DNA of 64,000 nucleotides from positions 10,043 to 74,042 of the forward strand of contig JAJZYT010000005.1 of NCBI GenBank assembly GCA_021797915.1. Reading direction: 5' to 3'. Each line of letters opens with the position of its first letter. Position 1 is the first letter of the stretch. This document shows, piece after piece, positions 28,514 to 35,936 of the stretch. The position numbers were made by a program, and so were the translations under genes. The DNA is from Thermoplasmata archaeon (GTDB lineage Archaea > Thermoplasmatota > Thermoplasmata > Thermoplasmatales > GCA-001856825). The notes below the pieces were generated by a model, which made no database searches, was not told the origin of the DNA, and saw only the letters and a list, made by a program, of their open reading frames with translations.

Positions 28514-28521
28514 TATAAAAA
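28514..28521 (+). promoter_or_regulatory. TATA box candidate for the cassette 2 micropeptide/A'/B' transcript
   Basis: TATAAAAA lies 34 nt upstream of the ATG at 28555. A GAGGGAG SD-like element follows. Confidence 0.5.
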
Positions 28522-28554
28522 TATCAGACTGTATTTGTAATTCGAGGGAGAGTA

Positions 28555-28656
28555 ATGATTGAAATATTTACTCTGGCAATCGGACTCGCTTTGAGCGTCT
28601 ATTTTACGTTGATAAACCCCATTATCGAGGGAGGAGTTGCTGCAGGTGGAGGATAA
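28555..28656 (+). CDS. Cassette 2 micropeptide: 33 aa, single TM helix, C-terminal GGG (below the ORF-track cutoff)
   Basis: MIEIFTLAIGLALSVYFTLINPIIEGGVAAGGG*. The SD-like GAGGGAG is 5-11 nt upstream. Confidence 0.5.
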   Translation: MIEIFTLAIGLALSVYFTLINPIIEGGVAAGGG

Positions 28657-28711
28657 GTTCTTCTCTCTTTTTCATTTTCTAACTTTTAATATGCGTTGGG
28701 ATTGTTTGTAG

Positions 28712-29668
28712 ATGACTTATTCTAAAGAAGAGGGGATCTGTCCATTCTGCAAGAGAAAGTCATTCATAACCAGGAAGTGGGTTCTGAACAACTATAAGAC
28801 TAGGTATAGTTACACCATTTATCATCACGATGGGTCCGTCCACTATTCCAATACAACCCCGAATAATGCCAGAACATTCAAGAAGGGGATTATAGAAAAG
28901 GTTTTGATAGAAACCATAAACTCAGAAAATTTCAAAGATGGATTGTTTCTGACGCGGGACATCAAGAAGAGACTCCAAAAGGAGTATCAGGAAATAAGCT
29001 CAGACACTCTTAGAGATAATCTCCACAGGCTAGTTGAGATTGGCATGCTGGAGAAAGTCAGAAAAGGGAGGCAGATCTACTTCCTCAATGCCATATTTAA
29101 GGACAGACTCAGCTATGTTTTCGACTCAGTTAAGTTCTCCCTCGGCGATACAAATGAAGATTCACTATTCAGGAGCCATGTTTCTGTCTATAACATTAGA
29201 AATGACAAAACCTGGCCACTGTATTTTCTGCCGTACCGAATTTTTGGTGATACAGACATTATCTATGATAAAATGAGATTTAAGGCAATTGACTTGACAA
29301 ATAATGAGGACCTAAAGGTTCTACTTATTGAAGACAATCCAAGGGAAAAGAGAATTTTGATAAGACTGAATAGACCTCTCTTCCCGAATGAAAACATGAA
29401 AGTAAGGTTTGATTATGATTGGCAAGAACCTAGGCAGAATTTTGTTTTTACAGCTGCAACTCATATGAACGCATTTGAGATCGTTCTCTCCAGCAACTAT
29501 CCCCTCAAGATTCAGGCATCCCGAACTATTTCTACTATGAACGAGCTCAAGGATCTGTCAAACGAAGTTGTAGGAACCAGGACCAAAAAGTGGAGATTTG
29601 TATATTCCGTGAAGTTGAAATCAATAAGACCATTTTCTGTTCTCCAGTTTAGGTGGAAAAGGACTTGA
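28712..29668 (+). CDS. Cassette 2, protein A': paralog of 18190-19161
   Basis: Matched blocks: EEGICPFCK..YHHDGSVHY; KAIDLTNNEDLKVLLIEDNPREKRILIR versus KAFDFSNSKDLKVTLLEDTPLEKRVLMR; FSVLQFRW versus FSVLQLKW. Confidence 0.75.
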   Translation: MTYSKEEGICPFCKRKSFITRKWVLNNYKTRYSYTIYHHDGSVHYSNTTPNNARTFKKGIIEKVLIETINSENFKDGLFLTRDIKKRLQKEYQEISSDTLRDNLHRLVEIGMLEKVRKGRQIYFLNAIFKDRLSYVFDSVKFSLGDTNEDSLFRSHVSVYNIRNDKTWPLYFLPYRIFGDTDIIYDKMRFKAIDLTNNEDLKVLLIEDNPREKRILIRLNRPLFPNENMKVRFDYDWQEPRQNFVFTAATHMNAFEIVLSSNYPLKIQASRTISTMNELKDLSNEVVGTRTKKWRFVYSVKLKSIRPFSVLQFRWKRT

Positions 29669-29725
29669 AAGTTTTCGAGATATTGTCGGCAACATTCAAT
29701 ATTGTTGGCAAAATGTGTGATTCAG

Positions 29726-30658
29726 ATGCCTAGAAAACCAGCAGAGTCTTTGTGCAAAATTTGTGGGGCAAATGCAACAGTGAAGATCAACTACGCAACG
29801 GGGAGTGGAGGAACAGTTTACTTGTACGAGATTTACACCCACAAGAACGGGACGGTTCATTACTTCAGGCCGGGAAAAGTTTTACAAAAACGGGATGCGT
29901 TCAGTGACTTTGAAGCGACGCTAAGAACCAAGATGAACGATGGAGAGTACAGGTTCAAAGATATAAAGAAGCTTTTTGAATCATTTCGCGGCTCATCAGC
30001 AAGCAACACCATGGTGCAGAGATACATTGAGAAAGGGATGAGGGCAAAACTTATCAGGAAGTCAGTCGAAGACGGGATGATACTTTACTTTAAGGGGAAC
30101 CAGAGAGATTCGCCCAAAGTCGTTAAGATTCAAGAAACATCTGTATCTTATCATATTTCAGACTCAGCAGTGGCAATGTCAATTCTTCTCAAGTTCTTAA
30201 ACGAAGGTGAAAGCCCACTCAACAGGATCCCAATAACTATACCTACGGGGATCATAGACACTATCAGTGAACTTAATATTGAATCGTTCGACAAATTTGG
30301 CAAGATATCGGAGGGAAACATGGAGATAGCATTTTCTTTTACCGGACAGACCGGGATTGGAGTAGGTTTGAGGAGATCCCTGGGTCCTTCTGAGAGTGAT
30401 TTCCTTTTCGTCACCAGTCGATTCACTTTTTCCGAGCATTCACTGAAGTTTGCACTACCACTTGACACAGGTTCACTCAGAATTCATATTACCAAGGAAT
30501 GGGAAAAACCTGTGCACGTCAGAAAACGTTTATTGGATGGTATAAAGGAAACCAACCCCGATAGTGTAAGGAAGGGGTTCTTAAGCGACGGCCTGAGTTT
30601 TGCCGAAGTCGAATTTGGCAAGTCTAGCAAGGGAGAGGCAGTTGTAGTCTCTTGGTAA
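29726..30658 (+). CDS. Cassette 2, protein B': paralog of 17182-18144
   Basis: The start is taken at MPRKPAESLCKICG (compare MGRKSIQSECQVCG). Matched blocks: YRFKDIKKLFE versus FRFKDIKSMLE; FTGQTGIGVGL versus FAGQTGLTITL; VRKRLLDGIK versus VKKRMMDGFK. Confidence 0.75.
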   Translation: MPRKPAESLCKICGANATVKINYATGSGGTVYLYEIYTHKNGTVHYFRPGKVLQKRDAFSDFEATLRTKMNDGEYRFKDIKKLFESFRGSSASNTMVQRYIEKGMRAKLIRKSVEDGMILYFKGNQRDSPKVVKIQETSVSYHISDSAVAMSILLKFLNEGESPLNRIPITIPTGIIDTISELNIESFDKFGKISEGNMEIAFSFTGQTGIGVGLRRSLGPSESDFLFVTSRFTFSEHSLKFALPLDTGSLRIHITKEWEKPVHVRKRLLDGIKETNPDSVRKGFLSDGLSFAEVEFGKSSKGEAVVVSW

Positions 30659-30909
30659 GTGTGGCTCTTATTGCCTCGTCTAATCAACTCTGTATATTTA
30701 TCAATGAATGAGAATATATAACTCTCAGTATTTCTAATGGAGAGTTTAATTGAATTCGACATTCAGTTGAAGGTCCTCGAGAAAAACACTTTCATTCTTT
30801 CCACTCAATTTCTTTTTTTATTAACTACTTTCAAAAGTGTACCAAATAGTTAATGTACGAGTTTAAGAAGTGATTTTAAGATGTATCGTAATAAAAAGGA
30901 TGATGACGA

Positions 30910-31206
30910 ATGATCTTGGATTGGACAACCATACTGAATTTTGCCCTGACTTTCGTCGTAGGACTGCTGTTCGGGCTGGCCATTAAGAAGGGACTGGTGG
31001 CGTTCGTGCTTGCACTCGTTGGCTTCGTCATTGCTGGTTATGTCGGGTTGACTTTCGTTCCTAAGATTTCGTTCAGTTATGAAGTAACTAAGTTTATCAC
31101 TTATGTTGTAACTTATATCCACGACGTTAAGCTAGGGGCAATTGCAGTATCTCTGACAGTTATACTGTTTCTGATAGGCCTTGCAATTGGGCTCTGGAAG
31201 GGATAA
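30910..31206 (+). CDS. Small 3-TM membrane protein, paralog of the C-terminal module of 3771-4304
   Basis: 98 aa with an identical C-terminal ILFLIGLAIGLWKG. Confidence 0.65.
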   Translation: MILDWTTILNFALTFVVGLLFGLAIKKGLVAFVLALVGFVIAGYVGLTFVPKISFSYEVTKFITYVVTYIHDVKLGAIAVSLTVILFLIGLAIGLWKG

Positions 31207-31321
31207 GTCAATTTTTGTTTTTAATTTAGTTTCTATGTTTTACGGTAAGAGCTGATTCTTTGCATTTCAGGAGGGTGAGTTGGAATAAAGGTTGATTAAG
31301 TCGTAAATAATTCATTCTGGA

Positions 31322-32080
31322 TTGAAGAAGGTAATAGAAGAGGAAGCAGTTTCCGAAGTCGTGGGGACCATATTGGTTCTTGCAATAACAGTTGTTTTGT
31401 TCTCTGCAGTTTTTGTTTACGCCCAACAGTTTCCCCTCGCAACTACCTCAAAACAGATCACCGTAGTTCAGCAGCTGTCCTACAATATAGATACACACAC
31501 ACTATTCGAGAATCTTACGGAGAAAACGGGAAGCATCCTATTGAGAAGCGATACGTATTTTGTGGTCCTCATCGACAACCACGAATACTCGACAAACCTT
31601 GCAAACATGCGAGTTAAAAGTCCCTATGAAAATTCCTCTTCGTTATTCGAGCCCGGAGATACAATAACCTGGAACAGTTCGTATGTCGGTGCGACTGTAA
31701 GAGAAAATTCCTCGATCAACTCTATGCTTCTTTATAGACCCTCAAACCAAGTCCTGTGGCAATCCGTGAATAATGTCTCTAGCGGGTTATCCATTTCAGT
31801 CTTCTATGTGACTCCTTCCCCGATAAAAGCAAATGAAACTTTCACTATTTTTGTTCAGGTAAACACTTTTGACCCTAATGGGACAACAGCATATCTGAAT
31901 CTCACTTCACTCTATGAGACGGCTTACAACAAGTCGATGAACATCTATAGTCTGTCAGAAAATAAATTAAATTTCTACTTTGAGGGAATTTCACCTTCCT
32001 CCCTTCCAAGCTCCTCAATGGCAAAGTTGAATGTAACCTGTGATGGCATTTCTGTGAATTCTGAGATTAACCTATCTTGA
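31322..32080 (+). CDS. Archaeal type IV pilin-like protein (class III signal peptide)
   Basis: TTG start. The N-terminus reads ..EEEAVSEVVGTILVLAITVVLFSAVFVYA, and a sequon-rich beta domain follows. Confidence 0.6.
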   Translation: MKKVIEEEAVSEVVGTILVLAITVVLFSAVFVYAQQFPLATTSKQITVVQQLSYNIDTHTLFENLTEKTGSILLRSDTYFVVLIDNHEYSTNLANMRVKSPYENSSSLFEPGDTITWNSSYVGATVRENSSINSMLLYRPSNQVLWQSVNNVSSGLSISVFYVTPSPIKANETFTIFVQVNTFDPNGTTAYLNLTSLYETAYNKSMNIYSLSENKLNFYFEGISPSSLPSSSMAKLNVTCDGISVNSEINLS

Positions 32081-32241
32081 ACCTTGATGCCGATCATCCG
32101 CTGTATCTCTCCATTTAGTCTCCCAATTATTAGACATCTGAAATCAGCGAAGTTAGAAAATATCGTGTAGAAGCCACCGCAGAACCTACATATGTTGACT
32201 TCTCTGACAAACATCTATATATTTCGAAGAGATTGTAAATT

Positions 32242-32823
32242 GTGCTAGCCGAGCTTGAGGTTCTTGGAGGAATTGGAACTGTTTACGTTCTCGGAGTATT
32301 TGCCTGGACTTTCTTGAAATTCTCAAAAATGAGAAGGCAACTTCTGAAGGCGCCGGTACTCTTTTTTGTGTTTTCTTTGATTTCGATGCTATTCGTTGCA
32401 CTCCTTGGGTCCGATGAATTTTATTTCCTCCCTCTCGTCGCCACCGAGTTTCTGCTGATGTTAACAATCTTCTACAGCTACCTCAAAACGAATGCAATCT
32501 TTCTAAGTGCCCTGGTACTTTCTGCTGGCTCCACAACAGGGAACTGGTTCGTTCCGTACTTCGAAGACATCCTTATGATTCTCTCGATCTACTTCTCACT
32601 GTACATCACGGGGTCATTCTTACAGGCTAAATCTCAGGAAAGTAAAGGCAGTACCATTGTGATGGGGTCGTTCATACTCATGGACTTGTCCCTGGTCCTG
32701 GAAGCATTCTATATTCTGAAGTTCAACAGTTCGTTTATGGAGATCGGTGTTTCGTTATTCGTCGTCTCGGTAATTCTATTCTTGCTTCCTTTTCTTTTGG
32801 GAGGATCATCAAGGAATGCGTGA
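32242..32823 (+). CDS. Polytopic membrane protein (193 aa)
   Basis: Five to six hydrophobic spans. It overlaps the downstream wHTH gene by 8 nt. Confidence 0.55.
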   Translation: MLAELEVLGGIGTVYVLGVFAWTFLKFSKMRRQLLKAPVLFFVFSLISMLFVALLGSDEFYFLPLVATEFLLMLTIFYSYLKTNAIFLSALVLSAGSTTGNWFVPYFEDILMILSIYFSLYITGSFLQAKSQESKGSTIVMGSFILMDLSLVLEAFYILKFNSSFMEIGVSLFVVSVILFLLPFLLGGSSRNA

Positions 32824-33115
32824 TAGCCAACTCCAACGGATGAAGAAGAACAGGAACGAGGTTCAGATTATCTTCGAGTTACTTGGAGAACTGAATGACG
32901 GAAACTCGCAGACTTCGTCTCTGCTTAGGAGGGTTAACATTCCATTTAGCAAGTATCAAGAGCTACTTGACAGGCTGAAGGAGAGAGGGCTTGTGGATAT
33001 CACAATGGAGGGGAACAAGAATTCCATAAATTTGACAGATAAGGGAAGAGAATTCATAGAACAATACAGGAAATTCAGCAAATTGATGGAGAGAAGTTAC
33101 GGCCTGACTCTTTGA
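32816..33115 (+). CDS. Small winged-helix DNA-binding protein
   Basis: ..IIFELLGELNDGNSQTSSLLRRVNIPFSKYQELLDRLKERGLVDI.. 99 aa. Confidence 0.6.
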   Translation: MRDSQLQRMKKNRNEVQIIFELLGELNDGNSQTSSLLRRVNIPFSKYQELLDRLKERGLVDITMEGNKNSINLTDKGREFIEQYRKFSKLMERSYGLTL

Positions 33116-33195
33116 ATCTAACAGTTTTCACTTTTACAGCGTTGTTTTGATACAAAAAGTATTTCATGATTCCAGTTATATAGTTCTCGGTTATT

Positions 33196-33498
33196 ATGGT
33201 GAGCGAAGGGAGAATTATGGAGAGCGCGACAGGACCTGTTGTGACTGCGATGGTACATCTAAAAGCAGATACGAGCAAGATCGAGACTATCAGCGCTAGC
33301 CTTTCAGAACTAAACTTCATCGAGGACATATACTTAGTTACAGGAAATTGGGATATGATCCTGAAAGTCAGGTTTCCCGACGTCAACCAGATGAGAAATT
33401 TTTTAGTGAAAGATCTGAGGAAAGTGGATGGTATAAAGGATTCCTACACGTCGATGGTTATAAGTATATTCAAAGATAGGGGGGTCAAATTCCAGTGA
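33196..33498 (+). CDS. Stand-alone Lrp/AsnC ligand-binding (RAM) domain protein
   Basis: ..VVTAMVHLKADTSKIETISASLSELNFIEDIYLVTGNWDMILKVRF.. The start is probably the internal MESATG. Confidence 0.65.
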   Translation: MVSEGRIMESATGPVVTAMVHLKADTSKIETISASLSELNFIEDIYLVTGNWDMILKVRFPDVNQMRNFLVKDLRKVDGIKDSYTSMVISIFKDRGVKFQ

Positions 33499-33786
33499 GT
33501 GATTTATATGGACGAAATGTCGCAAATTTTGTTGGATACCATAAGAATGCTTGATGAATTGATTTCGGACTATTCGATACCCAGAAATATTAGGAAGAAC
33601 ATTCAGGCCGCAAAGTCGAGGTTGTCGCAGGATAAAGGCAACCTAGACGTGAGGGCTGCTACTTCCATTTCGACGCTAGATGAAATAGTAAATGACCCAA
33701 ACACCCCAGGTCACGCAAGGACCCTGATCTATACGATAATGGGCAAGCTTGAGATACTTCAGAAGAAAGCTTCCTCAATTCACTGA
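33499..33786 (+). CDS. UPF0147-family archaeal protein
   Basis: IPRNIRKNIQAAKSRL...VRAATSISTLDEIVNDPNTPGHARTLIYTIMGKLE matches the UPF0147 pattern. Confidence 0.7.
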   Translation: MIYMDEMSQILLDTIRMLDELISDYSIPRNIRKNIQAAKSRLSQDKGNLDVRAATSISTLDEIVNDPNTPGHARTLIYTIMGKLEILQKKASSIH

Positions 33787-34214
33787 TCTTTTACCCATTT
33801 TTTCTTGGCCACTTTTCTGACGTGTTCTATTACCTGGTTTAGGGGGGTTCCGGGACCAAAATTCCCCGTTATACCAAGTTTTTCCAATTTCTTTCTGTCT
33901 GCCGGGGGGATTATTCCACCCCCGACTATCTGAATATCACCCGCACCTAGTTTCTTCAACCATTTCTTTACCGCAGGGAACGCACTTAGATGAGCACTGT
34001 TGTGTAGGCTAAGTGCAACTACGTCTACGTCTTCATCGACTGCAATCCTTGCCACGCTCTCTGGCGTAGGCAAAAGGCCTGCATACAAGACTTCCATTCC
34101 CGCGTCCCTGAATGCCTTTGCGAGCACAAGCACACCCCTATCATGGCCATCTAGAGCTGGCTTGGCAACCAGAATTCTTATCCTTCTCTTCATATTATTG
34201 TTGGTTCCTTCCAT
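33780..34214 (-). CDS. Methylmalonyl-CoA mutase, B12-binding small subunit
   Basis: DxHxxG motif (LDGHDRGVLVLAKAF). 144 aa. Confidence 0.9.
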   Translation of the reverse strand: MEGTNNNMKRRIRILVAKPALDGHDRGVLVLAKAFRDAGMEVLYAGLLPTPESVARIAVDEDVDVVALSLHNSAHLSAFPAVKKWLKKLGAGDIQIVGGGIIPPADRKKLEKLGITGNFGPGTPLNQVIEHVRKVAKKKWVKDQ

Positions 34215-35827
34215 CCACCGAACACCTCCCTTCCCACATCGGATATTTCCTGCAGAGTCGCATAAGCCTTCACGGCTTGTATTATACTCTCCATAGAGTT
34301 TTCATCTCTACTATATATATCTCTCAGCCTATCCAGACTCCTCTGCACATTTCCCTCGTTCCTCTTCAGCTTGACTTCTCTTAGTCTCTTCCTCTGGATC
34401 CTCTCGGCGTTGAAGTCAATCTTTAGAACGTTTATGGGCTGTTCATTTTCCTTTGAGAACGCGTTGACTCCGACAATCTTCAACTCACCGCTTTCGACCT
34501 TCCTCTGATGCGCGTATGCTGTTGCTGCTATCTCTTTTTGAAGGTAACCGTTCTTGATGGCGCTCACAACACCTCCCATTGCGTTGATTGTCTTGAAATA
34601 CTTGTACGCTTCCTCTTCCATCTTATCAGTCAGGCTTTCAAGGTAGTACGATCCGCCCAGGGGATCTACGACATCTGGGATACCAGTTTCGTGAGCTATT
34701 ACCTGCTGTGTTCTCAGTGCCACTTCCACCGCCTGTTCGGAAGGCAAAGCCCAGGCCTCATCGTAGGAATTAGTATGGAGACTCTGTGTGCCTCCGAGAA
34801 TTGCGGCCATGGCTTCAACAGAAGTTCTGATGATGTTGTTAAGAGGTTGTTGCCAGGTAAGCGAATATCCGGATGTCTGGCTGTGAAACCTCAGTTTCAT
34901 CGAACGTTCACTCTTTGCACCATATGTCTCTTTCATTTCCTTTGCCCAGATTCTCCTTGCCGCCCTGAACTTCGCAATTTCTTCGAAGAAATTCGTAGAA
35001 CTGTTGAAAAAGAAACTGAGCCTTGGTGCGAAGGAGTCAACGTCCAATCCATTCTCGATACCTAACTTTACATATTCGAAGCCGTCTGCCAAAGTAAAGG
35101 CGAGTTCCTGTACCGCGGAGGCACCAGCTTCCCGAATGTGGTAACCGGAAATAGAGATATAATTCCATTTCGGCATGTTATTTGTGCAATAAATCATCAT
35201 GTCGCGAATTATTCTCATGTGCGCTTCTGGAGGGTACATCCATTCCTTTTGCGCAATGTACTCCTTTAGAATGTCGGCCTGAACTGTTCCCGCAAGATTC
35301 TTTTTGGGGACCCCTCCTTTTTCGCCAACGACAGCATACATCGCAGTCAGTATATTTGCTGGAGCATTGATCGTCATTGATGTCGAAACCTTGTCCAAGG
35401 GAATGCCCTTGAAAATTACTTCCATATCCTTTAGAGAAGACACATTTACACCACATTTGCCGACTTCCCCGTGAGCCCTATCGGAACTAGCGTCCAATCC
35501 ATATAGTGTTGGCATATCAAACGCAACGCTAAGTCCTGTTTCGCCGTGGGAGAGCAGGAGTTTCAATCTTCCATTCGTATCCTCAGGGGTACCGAATCCC
35601 GAGAACATCCTCATTGTCCAGAGCCTACCTCGGTACATGTCAGGGTGAATACCTCTGGTGTAAGGATATTCCCCAGGTGCGCCAAGCTTTGACTTGTAAC
35701 TTCCCTTGACGTCGTCGGGAGTGTAATAATCTTTTAACTCAAATCCGGAACTATTTGACCTAGGGTTGCCCTTAAGTACCTCAGTATCCGATTTATATGC
35801 CTTTTTGGTTCTATTTGTTGCAGGCAT
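34190..35827 (-). CDS. Methylmalonyl-CoA mutase, catalytic large subunit
   Basis: 545 aa TIM-barrel mutase domain (..YPYTRGIHPDMYRGRLWTMRMFSGFGT..). It overlaps the small-subunit gene. Confidence 0.9.
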   Translation of the reverse strand: MPATNRTKKAYKSDTEVLKGNPRSNSSGFELKDYYTPDDVKGSYKSKLGAPGEYPYTRGIHPDMYRGRLWTMRMFSGFGTPEDTNGRLKLLLSHGETGLSVAFDMPTLYGLDASSDRAHGEVGKCGVNVSSLKDMEVIFKGIPLDKVSTSMTINAPANILTAMYAVVGEKGGVPKKNLAGTVQADILKEYIAQKEWMYPPEAHMRIIRDMMIYCTNNMPKWNYISISGYHIREAGASAVQELAFTLADGFEYVKLGIENGLDVDSFAPRLSFFFNSSTNFFEEIAKFRAARRIWAKEMKETYGAKSERSMKLRFHSQTSGYSLTWQQPLNNIIRTSVEAMAAILGGTQSLHTNSYDEAWALPSEQAVEVALRTQQVIAHETGIPDVVDPLGGSYYLESLTDKMEEEAYKYFKTINAMGGVVSAIKNGYLQKEIAATAYAHQRKVESGELKIVGVNAFSKENEQPINVLKIDFNAERIQRKRLREVKLKRNEGNVQRSLDRLRDIYSRDENSMESIIQAVKAYATLQEISDVGREVFGGWKEPTII

Positions 35828-35936
35828 CTTATACTACATCATTATTCGTTAAAAAGTTCTTTCGCCTTCAACGGTCATTGAATAAACGTTTCTTGTGCTC
35901 CATAACGATTAATTATTCTCATTCAATTAGTGTTAC

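Noticed and set aside
30898-30950. A C/D-box sRNA-like arrangement (GATGATGA ... CTGA ... CTGA) just upstream of, and into, ORF 30910-31206.
   Set aside because: It overlaps the SD/start region and the first codons of a conserved CDS. The motifs are short and expected by chance, and no terminal stem is evident.
16959-33200. An integrated mobile element with att sites derived from tRNA-Arg(GCG).
   Set aside because: I looked by eye for a second copy of the tRNA 3' half (..GGGTTCGAATCCCAGCTCGGGCG) at the likely right boundaries (30.66-30.9 kb, 32.08-32.24 kb and 33.1-33.2 kb) and found none. No integrase, transposase or plasmid/virus hallmark gene is present. It is reported only as an accessory segment.
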